From positions 448,001 to 512,000 of the forward strand of contig OY970160.1 in assembly GCA_963706445.1 (NCBI GenBank): a DNA stretch of 64,000 bases, given 5' to 3'. Position 1 is the first letter of the stretch; every line of letters starts with the position of its first letter. The notes under the pieces were generated by a model. The model did not search any database. It saw only the letters and a list, made by a program, of their open reading frames with translations, and had not been told where the DNA came from. Shown here one piece after another: positions 48,136 to 56,854 of the stretch. The position numbers and the translations under genes are program-made. This DNA is from an uncultured Nitrososphaerales archaeon (lineage in GTDB: Archaea; Thermoproteota; Nitrososphaeria; Nitrososphaerales; Gagatemarchaeaceae).

Positions 48136-48413
48136 TCACTTTGTCAAAAGCGGTCCACGTCAAGATTAGGGGCCTCGTCCACGGGGTATCATTCCGTTCC
48201 AGCATGGCCCAGAAGGCCACCTTCCTTGGAGTGAGGGGGTGGGTCAGGAACCTGCCGGACGGCTCGGTCGAAGCGTTCCTAGAAGGAGACGAGCGGAACC
48301 TGAAGAAGGTCCTGAACTGGGCGAGGACGGGCCCCCCGAGGGCCAGGGTTGACGATTTCGTGATCGAGCCCGCTACCCCGCGGAACCACCGCGACTTCAG
48401 GATCCACGGTTAG
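48132..48413 (+). CDS. acyP: Acylphosphatase
   Basis: G.VHGV.FR, GWVRN..DGSVE and GPP.A.V. Confidence 0.93.
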   Translation: MITLSKAVHVKIRGLVHGVSFRSSMAQKATFLGVRGWVRNLPDGSVEAFLEGDERNLKKVLNWARTGPPRARVDDFVIEPATPRNHRDFRIHG

Positions 48414-49615
48414 CTCTTCTGAAACGACTCCCATCGCGCGTCCAAGTTTATATCGCCCAATGCGGCGATGACCTGGTCCCCGAACTCCATCGCGCTGGCG
48501 CCCCCGGCGCGCCCTGTGATGACCGCCTTACGGTCGTAGGTTGCGCACATGTCGAGCGCTCTGGCGAGCCTCTGGCTCTGCGCCATCATCCCGACGTGCT
48601 CGAGCATCATGACCGCCGCGCGCATCAGGCTCAGCGGGTCGGCGTAGTCTCCTCTCCCTTCGATGATCATCCTGGGGGCGGACCCATGTATCGCTTCGAA
48701 CATGCCGAACCTCGCTCCGAGGTTAGCGCTCCCTGCAGTCCCGACCCCTCCCTGAAGCTCGGCGGCTTCGTCCGTTACGATGTCACCATAGAGGTTCGGG
48801 AGCACGACGACCTCGAACTCCCTCCTCCTCTTCTCGTCGATGAGCTTCGCGGTGAACACGTCGATGTACCATCCGTCCCATGAAATCTCGGGGTATTCCT
48901 TCGCCACCCTCTTGGCCGTCTCGAGGAAGAGGCCGTCCGTAGTCTTGATCACGTTCGCCTTGGTGACGACTGTCACCTTCTTCCTGTGGGTCTTCTTCGC
49001 ATGCTCGAAGGCGAGCCTGATGATCCTCTCAGCCCCCGGCCTTGTTATCACCTTGAAGTCGAGCGCCATCTCAGGTGTCACCATGAGCCCCTTGCTCCCG
49101 AGGACGTACTCCCCCTCTGTGTTCTCCCTGAAGAAGACCCAGTCGATCCCTTCGGCAGGTATCCTCACCGGCCTGACGTTGGCGAAGAGGTCGAAGGCCT
49201 TCCTGATGGCGATGTTCGCGCTCTCGATGTTCGGCACTCCGCTCCCCTCCTCCGGGGTGGTCGTGGGACCCTTCAGTAGGACGTGGCATTTCTTGATTGC
49301 GGACAGCACATCTTCTGGAAGCGCCTGCATTAGCTTGATCCTCCGCTCGATGGTGAGCCCTTCAATTTCCCTGATCTCGACCTTCCCTGATTTGATTTCG
49401 TCTTTCAGCAGCTCAGTGATTACGCGGGTCGTCTCCTTTGCTATTATGGGGCCAATCCCGTCCCCTCCTATCACCCCGATCACAAGCCTGTCAAGCTTGG
49501 TGTAATCCAACCATTCGACTGGCTTACTGATTCTCTGTACTCTTTCGGCCTGTTCCTGAAGCAGCTTCCGGATGTGCTCAAGGGCCGCATCGAAGTTCGC
49601 GTCTGGGGTAGGCAT
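48410..49615 (-). CDS. Isocitrate/isopropylmalate dehydrogenase family
   Basis: GDGIG, KGP.TTP, SAN..R...DLFANVRP, RENTEG, K.NV, NLYGD and EAIHGSAP; start moved to ATG 49615. Confidence 0.9.
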   Translation of the reverse strand: MPTPDANFDAALEHIRKLLQEQAERVQRISKPVEWLDYTKLDRLVIGVIGGDGIGPIIAKETTRVITELLKDEIKSGKVEIREIEGLTIERRIKLMQALPEDVLSAIKKCHVLLKGPTTTPEEGSGVPNIESANIAIRKAFDLFANVRPVRIPAEGIDWVFFRENTEGEYVLGSKGLMVTPEMALDFKVITRPGAERIIRLAFEHAKKTHRKKVTVVTKANVIKTTDGLFLETAKRVAKEYPEISWDGWYIDVFTAKLIDEKRRREFEVVVLPNLYGDIVTDEAAELQGGVGTAGSANLGARFGMFEAIHGSAPRMIIEGRGDYADPLSLMRAAVMMLEHVGMMAQSQRLARALDMCATYDRKAVITGRAGGASAMEFGDQVIAALGDINLDARWESFQKS

Positions 49616-49674
49616 ACAGCCCGAGCCTTTCAACTGTGGATTAAAATGTGCTACCGAAGATGTTCGAGGCGCGG

Positions 49675-50406
49675 CTAGTCGAGGGCATTGGGATGCTGCC
49701 TCCGCCAGAGGGCCCTGAGAACGGGGGTCGAAATCAGTGAACCGACGATTGTGAAGAAGGTTCTCTCTATCGGGTACAGGGCAAAGAACCCAGGGACCAG
49801 CGTTTGCTGCCAGGTCTGGAGGGAAATGACCTGGTAGACCCTCACCGCGAGCTCCTGCCCGACCAGCGTGCCCGTCAGTTGGCCGCAGAGGAGGGCGCCG
49901 AATGTCACGCCGACAACGAAGACCGGGCTGAGCTTGCTGATCCTTCCTGCCTTCTCGAGCAACAGGACCACCCCAAGAGCAATCAGCGCGATCATGTGCA
50001 GCCAGGTGAAAGGCACACGACCGACGAACAAGACTGAGATGGGGTCCAGCCAGTACAACGCCAATATCGCTATCGGGAGACCAAGAGCAGCCTTCCACTT
50101 CCCCGCGTAAGCAAATCCAGCCGTCCCGACCGTAGCGAGGTCCGCGGCCATGATGGCAAAGCCGGTGCTACCTAGAGAAATGTATCCAGCATAGGCATCC
50201 AACAAGTCTCCAGCCAGGGCTGAGAATCCTCCGACGAAGGGTCCGAAAATCATCCCAGCGAGGGGGGTGACGAAGTTACTTGCTGTCAGGAAATTGCCCG
50301 GACCCATCAGAAGCTGGGAAATGGGAATCGTCCCCAGCACTGCGTATAGTGCCGCGAAGACTGCAGCAGCCGCCACGTAGGCTGTCCTGCGCTTCAGCCG
50401 AAGCAA
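49675..50406 (-). CDS. Membrane protein, ECF S-component-like
   Basis: A..AALYA.L..IP and P..G..FGP..G; multiple TMs. Confidence 0.6.
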   Translation of the reverse strand: MLRLKRRTAYVAAAAVFAALYAVLGTIPISQLLMGPGNFLTASNFVTPLAGMIFGPFVGGFSALAGDLLDAYAGYISLGSTGFAIMAADLATVGTAGFAYAGKWKAALGLPIAILALYWLDPISVLFVGRVPFTWLHMIALIALGVVLLLEKAGRISKLSPVFVVGVTFGALLCGQLTGTLVGQELAVRVYQVISLQTWQQTLVPGFFALYPIERTFFTIVGSLISTPVLRALWRRQHPNALD

Positions 50407-50511
50407 TGGCCAAGACCCTCAGGTGGAAGGCTTAACACTTTCACGAAAGTCCCTTTCATGCGAGTCCGTCCCCGCTAACGTTTTTAGTGCAACTTTCATG
50501 GACTCTCATCA

Positions 50512-51039
50512 ATGGCTGCTGTCGACAGGGACACCAAGAAGGCCGCCGAGCTCAAGCTCTGGCTCGAGGAGAGGATCGCCCAGCTTCAGGACGAGTTGGA
50601 AAGGCTGACCGAGACCCTCGGGTATGTTGATACTACCTTGAGAGCTTCGACGTTCAAACAGGCCAGTGAGATGATGGCCGAGGCGAAGGAAGCCCCGGAG
50701 GTCAGGGAACTCAAGCGGGACAAAGGAGGGCAGGTCATAGCAAGGGCGTCGATAAGCACCGACGCGGTCGCCATCGAACCGAGCGGTGTAGTGCTGAAGT
50801 CCTCGACCCCCCCGTTCAAGTCGTTCCTCATGGGGAAGATACTCCAGGGGATGAAGGCGAAAGACGAAGAGCTAGTCAAAGCGGGGAAGCTCGCCAAGGG
50901 GACGGAGCTGCGCTTTGACGTGGAAGAGTCCAACGGGACCATCGGGAAGGTCATCATAGAGAACTACAGGGAGAAGACGCGTCTGAACGAGATCCTCAGC
51001 ACTGTCTCCTGGACGTTCTCCAGGATGCTTGAGAAGTAA
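50512..51039 (+). CDS. Hypothetical protein with N-terminal coiled coil
   Basis: Heptad N-terminus followed by a globular domain (PPF..FL..K.L, NY....RL); typical codon bias. Confidence 0.75.
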   Translation: MAAVDRDTKKAAELKLWLEERIAQLQDELERLTETLGYVDTTLRASTFKQASEMMAEAKEAPEVRELKRDKGGQVIARASISTDAVAIEPSGVVLKSSTPPFKSFLMGKILQGMKAKDEELVKAGKLAKGTELRFDVEESNGTIGKVIIENYREKTRLNEILSTVSWTFSRMLEK

Positions 51040-51047
51040 GCATAGAA

Positions 51048-52001
51048 TCAGCCGAGCGCCTGCGCCAAAGTGGGAGGAGTCAGCTCCCTGCTCCCGAGAT
51101 ACAACCTCGCCGCCTTATTCGCGAACGCGAGTCTTTCTGATTCGTCCATTCCCTTCAGCCTCCCGTAGATTGCACCAGCGTCCCAGACATCCCCGGCGCC
51201 TGTCAACCTCCTCGAGTTGATCCTCCTGACCTTGGCTCTGCTTACCCTCGTTCCTTCGCTCGAATAGGAGGCCTCGATTCCGTGCAGATCGAACACGACA
51301 CCGAGCTTCCTCGCGGTCTCCTTGCAGACCTCGGCGGGGTCGTCGGACTCGATCCCTAGCAACTTTGCAGCTGCTAGTGCCTCGATTTCATTCATGCTCA
51401 CCCAGTCGACAAGCCGCCTCTCCTCGATCAGGTCAAGGACCCCCCTGAACCCCTGAGGGTTGTCCCGAAAGTCAGCAGGGTCCATGAATATTGGCTTCTC
51501 AGGCCCGAGCCGCCGCCGCAGCGCCTTCAGCAGTTCCGTGCCCTTCGTGTTAGCCGCCCAGTTCACAGAGCAGACCAGTTGTGACGAGCGGAGAGCCTCC
51601 CAGTCGTCCGCGTCGAGGCGGCTCGGGCCGAAGTCCGAAGCTCCCTTCCCGTCGCCGATCATCACATTCACCTTCTCCTCATAGGCCACGGTCAGGCCGG
51701 CGGGAAATGGCTTGACCCTGACCTCCGCCCTCAGGCCGACGAAGGCCTGCTCCAGCAGCGCCTCGTGGGTCTTCTCGCTGTGGGTGATCAGCAGCGTCTT
51801 CAGACCGAGCCTTGCGAGGGCGTGGGCGAGGTTCACCGCGTTCCCTCCCCTGACCTCTTCCTGGACGGTGCCATGGATCCCTCCGCCCCCTGACGACGCC
51901 TTTTCGGCGATGGAGCCCATCATCTGGGGGATCGCGTCGACGTGGACGAGCCTGTCCACGAAGTAGTCGTGCATCACAGCGACGTCGAACTTCTTGGCCA
52001 A
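51048..52001 (-). CDS. PfkB/ribokinase-family carbohydrate kinase
   Basis: GGNAVN.A.ALARLG, N..E and TGAGD. Confidence 0.88.
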   Translation of the reverse strand: MAKKFDVAVMHDYFVDRLVHVDAIPQMMGSIAEKASSGGGGIHGTVQEEVRGGNAVNLAHALARLGLKTLLITHSEKTHEALLEQAFVGLRAEVRVKPFPAGLTVAYEEKVNVMIGDGKGASDFGPSRLDADDWEALRSSQLVCSVNWAANTKGTELLKALRRRLGPEKPIFMDPADFRDNPQGFRGVLDLIEERRLVDWVSMNEIEALAAAKLLGIESDDPAEVCKETARKLGVVFDLHGIEASYSSEGTRVSRAKVRRINSRRLTGAGDVWDAGAIYGRLKGMDESERLAFANKAARLYLGSRELTPPTLAQALG

Positions 52002-52002
52002 C

Positions 52003-52509
52003 TCACTTCAGAATCTTTATACTTCTGATGACCTTTAATCCGTGCAGCTCTTCCATCGCCTGCCCCGTAAGCTGCCCCTCGACCACCATGGTCATCTTCG
52101 CGTCTGGGACCATCTCTGGGTCTTCGGCGACAGCCTGCCTGACGACCATCCCATGCCGCGACAGGATCTCGGCGACCCCTGCCATTACCCCCGGGGACTT
52201 TGGATCGGCTTCTATCACAATGGCGGTGTACCCTAGCTGCGACACCACGTTGACCAGGCTGGTCCCCAGGGGCTTGGTCATCGAGAAAAGCGAGAACAAG
52301 TACCTGTTCCTGCGTATCTGCTGGGCCGTCTGCTTGACCACGCGCCTGTCGACGTCGAGGGCCCGGGCGACCGCCGAATAGTCCACCTCTATGTCATCGA
52401 CGTAGATCTTCTCGTCGTCGGAGACGCGCATCCCGCACTGTATCATCTTCCTAACTATCTCAGGCCTCACCACTTGCCGTTCGAACTGCTTCCTGACGTT
52501 TACCCACAT
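52003..52509 (-). CDS. trpY: HTH-ACT amino-acid metabolism regulator (COG2150, TrpY-like)
   Basis: MW start, ARAL.VDRRVV HTH, ACT domain PG..A.V...L...RQ...DP; divergent from trpB2. Confidence 0.75.
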   Translation of the reverse strand: MWVNVRKQFERQVVRPEIVRKMIQCGMRVSDDEKIYVDDIEVDYSAVARALDVDRRVVKQTAQQIRRNRYLFSLFSMTKPLGTSLVNVVSQLGYTAIVIEADPKSPGVMAGVAEILSRHGMVVRQAVAEDPEMVPDAKMTMVVEGQLTGQAMEELHGLKVIRSIKILK

Positions 52510-52517
52510 GCCATTTA

Positions 52518-52533
52518 TGTACCAAAACGTACA
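52518..52533. promoter_or_regulatory. Paired TRP-box-like operator TGTACC-N4-CGTACA
   Basis: Two 5/6 matches to TGTACA spaced by 4 nt form an imperfect palindrome 9-24 nt upstream of the trpY-like ATG. Confidence 0.6.
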
Positions 52534-52623
52534 CTATTGAGCTTTGTTGACAGATTCCGCTTCAAGCGGGGTGCTCAACTTTGGTCAGGATTTGATTTAA
52601 CCCCCGCGAAGCCGACCATTTCC

Positions 52624-53991
52624 ATGAGCAACACTCAGCTCAAAGTTGTCCTTTCACAGGACAAACTACCCACAGACTACTACAACATCCAGCACGACCT
52701 GCCGGAGCCTCTCCCACCTCCCCTCGACCCGCGGACGATGCAGCCAATGGCGCCAGAGCCCCTCCTCCGCCTCTTCGCAAAAGAGTGTGTGATGCAAGAG
52801 GTGTCGACCCAAGAATTCATCCCCATCCCGGAAGAGGTCCGCGAAGCCTATCTCCGCCTCGGTCGCCCCACCCCGCTGTACAGGGCCGCCCGGCTCGAAC
52901 AGAAGCTGAAGACGCCGGCGCGGATCTACTTCAAGCGGGAAGACCTCAACCCCGTGGGGAGCCACAAGCCCAACACCGCCATAGCTCAGGCGTACTACCA
53001 CAAGAAGGAAGGCACCGAGCGGCTGACCACCGAGACCGGAGCCGGCCAGTGGGGGAGCGCGCTCGCCCTCGCGGCGGCGCTCTTTGACATCGACCTTACG
53101 GTCTACATGACCAGGAGCAGCTACGAACAGAAGCCATACAGGCGGACGCTCATGGAGGTGTACGGAGCCAAGGTCCATTCGTCCCCCAGCCGACTGACAA
53201 ACGCAGGCAAGAAGTTCCTCGAGAAGGACCCCAACCACCCGGGGAGCCTCGGCATCGCGATCAGCGAGGCCATCGAAGACTGCGTCACCCACGACAACAC
53301 AAAGTACGCCCTTGGGAGCGTCCTCAACCACGTCCTCATGCACCAGTCGGTCATCGGCCAGGAGGCGAAGCTCCAGATGGAGGAGTTCGACGTCGAGCCT
53401 GACTACCTCGTCGGGTGCATCGGCGGCGGGAGCAACTTCGCAGGGCTGGCCTACCCGTTCATGAGAGACAAGCTGCGCGGCAAGAGCAGCGCGGAATTCG
53501 TGGCGGCCGAGCCGAAGGCCGTCCCGTCGACCACCAGAGGGTCATACAGGTACGACTACGCAGACACCGCAGAGACAACCCCGCTCATCAAGATGCACAC
53601 CGTCGGCCACTCCTACCAGTGCCCTCCGATCCACGCCGGCGGGCTGAGATACCACGGCAAGGCCCCCTCGATGTGCATGCTGATCGACAAGGGGTACATG
53701 CGCAGCGTTGCCTACAACCAGAATGAAGTGATGGAAGCGGGAATCCTCCTCGCCCAGACGGAAGGGATAGTTGCTGCCCCCGAGTCAAACCACGCAGTCA
53801 AAGCTGCCATCGACCTCGCCCTCGAGTGCAAGCGGAACAACGAGCCGAAAACCATTCTCTTCAACCTCAGCGGCCACGGCCTCCTGGACCTGAAGGCCTA
53901 CGAGGACAAGATGGCCGGCAAGCTGGTGGACTACGAACCTGACGCCGCGTTCCTCAACCAGGCGTTAGAGAGCGTCCCCGTAGTGCGTTAG
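52624..53991 (+). CDS. trpB2: Tryptophan synthase beta chain, TrpB2 type
   Basis: [36 protein letters not shown] and NLSGHG; start moved to ATG 52624. Confidence 0.94.
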   Translation: MSNTQLKVVLSQDKLPTDYYNIQHDLPEPLPPPLDPRTMQPMAPEPLLRLFAKECVMQEVSTQEFIPIPEEVREAYLRLGRPTPLYRAARLEQKLKTPARIYFKREDLNPVGSHKPNTAIAQAYYHKKEGTERLTTETGAGQWGSALALAAALFDIDLTVYMTRSSYEQKPYRRTLMEVYGAKVHSSPSRLTNAGKKFLEKDPNHPGSLGIAISEAIEDCVTHDNTKYALGSVLNHVLMHQSVIGQEAKLQMEEFDVEPDYLVGCIGGGSNFAGLAYPFMRDKLRGKSSAEFVAAEPKAVPSTTRGSYRYDYADTAETTPLIKMHTVGHSYQCPPIHAGGLRYHGKAPSMCMLIDKGYMRSVAYNQNEVMEAGILLAQTEGIVAAPESNHAVKAAIDLALECKRNNEPKTILFNLSGHGLLDLKAYEDKMAGKLVDYEPDAAFLNQALESVPVVR

Positions 53992-53992
53992 T

Positions 53993-54015
53993 GCGGCTGC
54001 GACACGCGCAGCCGT
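53993..54015. terminator. GC-rich stem-loop between the convergent trpB2 and pmbA genes
   Basis: CGGCTGCG-acacg-CGCAGCCG, an 8-bp perfect stem. Confidence 0.5.
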
Positions 54016-54024
54016 CCCCCGATC

Positions 54025-55365
54025 TTATCCGTAGGCTCGGGTTATCGTGACGCCGTCGATGATCATCCACGGGCACAGAGTTGGCGTGTCGACCTCCCAC
54101 CACTGAATCCACTCCCTCTTTTTCGAGAGCATCTCGACCGAGGAGAACATCCTCTTCAGGTCGTCCCCGGCCCGCATCCCCTTCAGGGACTTAGTCACCC
54201 TCCCTCCTTCCACAAGGAATGCCCCGTCTCTGGGGACCGTTGAGAACTCCCCGGTCCTGTAGTTCTTGAACCTCGTATACCAGTTGCTCGTCAGGATTAT
54301 TCCCTGCTTCATCTCCTTCACCATCTCATCATAAGATGAGTCCCCGCTCCCGACCTCGAGATTCCATGGATGCGGAGAGACGAAACCCGCGTTCCCCGTG
54401 CTCTTGGTCCTCCACTTCTCTGCGGTAGTCAGATTGTGGAGGTAGCTCCGGAGAACGCCTCCTTTGATTATCTCGTTGGACGCAGTCTTCACCCCTTCAT
54501 CATCGAAGACCCTGCCCCCAAGCCCCCCTTCCACAACGCCGTGGTCGGTCAGGTCAAAGGATTTCGCAGCCACATCCTTGCTAAGCCTGTCTGCTAGGTA
54601 AGATGTCCCTGCGTCAATTGAGAATGCCGACGTCGCGGCGGCCACCGTCTCGATCAAGTTGGACGCCACGGTCGGGCTAAGGAGAACTTTGTATTTCCCA
54701 GCCTCAGGCTCGGAGGCCCCCTTCATCCTCTTCGCCCCCTCGCCTGCTCTTCTGCCTGCCTCTTCCGGGTCGAACCCGGCCAGTGACGAGGAGCATGACA
54801 GCCCGTGACCACTCGCCTCGTTCTCCGTGAAGGAGCGTATGTTGAGTGTTATCGCCGTCCTCGAGTCGCTCCCCTCCACTCCTGCCGTCGTCAGAATGGC
54901 GACCGTCCCTTTGCCGGCGTTGATCACCCCGGCAGACCTCTTCCCCCCAGCCGCCTTCGCCGATTCGATGGCAGTCTTGGCCAGGTCCGGGAGCTCCTCG
55001 TCCAGTGTCTCCAGCTTCTTATCGTGACCGAGCCTGCTCGGGGAGTACTTGGCCGCCTTGCCGGGGAGTGGGACGTACTCCGCCTCAGGGAGCCCCTTTA
55101 TCGACCCGAACAGGTCCCCGACGAACTTCTTGACCGCGGACGCTTCGAGGTTGGAGGTCGACGCGATGGCACGCCTCCTTTCCTTCGCGAGGTACACCGT
55201 AAGCTCCGCCTCCTCGACCCTGCTGACCACCGAAACCGAGTTGTTCGCGAACCTGATCATACTGTCTCCGCCCTTCGCGCTGAGGGCGACCGCATCGTCG
55301 ACCCCGAGGCGCTTCGCGGCCGCTATCGCCGTCTCGTTGAGCTTGCCAAGGTCCACTCTGGTCAC
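54025..55365 (-). CDS. pmbA: TldE/PmbA family protein
   Basis: RFANN, FDDEG, G.L..YLH, STGNAG and no HExxH; GTGA overlap with tldD. Confidence 0.88.
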   Translation of the reverse strand: MTRVDLGKLNETAIAAAKRLGVDDAVALSAKGGDSMIRFANNSVSVVSRVEEAELTVYLAKERRRAIASTSNLEASAVKKFVGDLFGSIKGLPEAEYVPLPGKAAKYSPSRLGHDKKLETLDEELPDLAKTAIESAKAAGGKRSAGVINAGKGTVAILTTAGVEGSDSRTAITLNIRSFTENEASGHGLSCSSSLAGFDPEEAGRRAGEGAKRMKGASEPEAGKYKVLLSPTVASNLIETVAAATSAFSIDAGTSYLADRLSKDVAAKSFDLTDHGVVEGGLGGRVFDDEGVKTASNEIIKGGVLRSYLHNLTTAEKWRTKSTGNAGFVSPHPWNLEVGSGDSSYDEMVKEMKQGIILTSNWYTRFKNYRTGEFSTVPRDGAFLVEGGRVTKSLKGMRAGDDLKRMFSSVEMLSKKREWIQWWEVDTPTLCPWMIIDGVTITRAYG

Positions 55366-56801
55366 CTCGAACCCAGTCTGATTCCCGCCAGTAGAGTCTC
55401 AGGCCCCCCAGTCCAGACCGGCGCCCCCTGCATCGGGTCTCCCTTGCCACAGGTCGCGGACTCGAACTCCATGTGCTTGCTACGCCCCTTCACGCTCCCC
55501 CAGAGCTTGGGCGTCGTAATCTCAAGGACTGGGGATCGCACCAGCCCTTTGAGCTCCCCCTGCTCTATCAAGTAAGCCTCCAAAGCCACGTACCTCTGGT
55601 TCAGCCTCTTGTCGTCTATGTTCCATTCTGTGAAAGTCTTGAAGAAGATTCCGTGTTTGACCTCTTTCATCAACTCGTCAGTCTGATAGTCTCCCGGTTC
55701 GACGAAAGTGTTCGACATCCTGATTATGGGCTCGCGGTCGAAGGAGACGCTCCTGGCGGCCCCATTGCTCTTCAACCCGAATTCCTTCGCTGTGGTCCTG
55801 TTCTGCAGGAACTCATTGATTATCCCTCCCTTGATCAGGAGGCGCTTCTTCCCCTCGACCCCCTCGTCGTCGACTGGGACGAACCCGTTCGAATGGAGGA
55901 GGTTCGGGTCGTCGCTCACGTTGGCCTCGGCGCTCCCGATCTTCATTCCTAGGCTGTCGGACTTCAGATACGATTCCCCCGCCTGGGCTCCCTCCCTGCC
56001 CAGCACCCTGTCTGCCTCCTGAGGATGTCCCACCGACTCGTGGGCCGCGATGCCCGAAAGCTCAGGGCTGAGTACTACGTCTATGGTCCCCGTCGGGGGC
56101 TTTGCGGAGGCCCTGAGCACCTTCCCCATCACCCTCGCTTCGTCTTCGACTCGGTCGACGAGCCCGATCCGCTTCACTACCTCAAGGCCACCCGTTTCTC
56201 CCTGCTGGATGAACCTCTGCGCCGTGTCCCCTCCCTCCATGGCGGTGAGCGAACCAAAAAACCCAACCCGAGGGAGCCTTCCCTCTACCCTTGCCCCGTC
56301 ACTGTTCACGTAATACCTCTCCTCAAGCTCGGCCCCGAGATAGAGCAACCTCCCGGGGAGCTTCACTCCTGCCTTCCCGCCTGCGATCCTTCCCTCGATC
56401 TCCAAGAGCACACCTCTGAGCCAGGCTGAATCTGCGTTCTCGACCTTCCTCGTCTCCGGCGGCGCCCACTTCCTCCGAGAGGGCTTCGAATCGTCCAGCT
56501 CGACGGGCTTGGTGAGGACCCCCGCCGATGCCCTCGCGAGTCTTACCGCCTTGCCCGCCAATTCAATGACAGATGTCCTCTTCATGTCGTTGGTTGCTGC
56601 GAACCCCAGCGCCCCTCTGGAGATCACTCTGATGCCAATCCCGAATCCTTCGGAGAAATAAGACGGCTGAGACTCCCCGTTCTTGAGAACGAATTGCCTT
56701 TCCCAGGTGCTCTGCACCCTGGCTTCAGCATAGGACGCCCCCGCGGAGCGAGCCTTGGAGACTGCAGCTTCAGCCAGGTCCTTGGTGGCTTCCCTCGCCA
56801 T
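55362..56801 (-). CDS. tldD: TldD family metalloprotease
   Basis: HESVGHP.EAD, DDEG, RMSNT and CGKG. Confidence 0.9.
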   Translation of the reverse strand: MAREATKDLAEAAVSKARSAGASYAEARVQSTWERQFVLKNGESQPSYFSEGFGIGIRVISRGALGFAATNDMKRTSVIELAGKAVRLARASAGVLTKPVELDDSKPSRRKWAPPETRKVENADSAWLRGVLLEIEGRIAGGKAGVKLPGRLLYLGAELEERYYVNSDGARVEGRLPRVGFFGSLTAMEGGDTAQRFIQQGETGGLEVVKRIGLVDRVEDEARVMGKVLRASAKPPTGTIDVVLSPELSGIAAHESVGHPQEADRVLGREGAQAGESYLKSDSLGMKIGSAEANVSDDPNLLHSNGFVPVDDEGVEGKKRLLIKGGIINEFLQNRTTAKEFGLKSNGAARSVSFDREPIIRMSNTFVEPGDYQTDELMKEVKHGIFFKTFTEWNIDDKRLNQRYVALEAYLIEQGELKGLVRSPVLEITTPKLWGSVKGRSKHMEFESATCGKGDPMQGAPVWTGGPETLLAGIRLGSR

Positions 56802-56854
56802 CGGTCTCGACCCAGATGGACGATATTTCTACGTTATTGGTGTATAGACTTCCC

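Noticed and set aside
49616-50098. Apparent 161-aa N-terminal extension of the dehydrogenase (562-aa ORF)
   Set aside because: It overlaps the membrane-protein gene in another frame; ATG 49615 has its own TATA-like element at ~49641-49646
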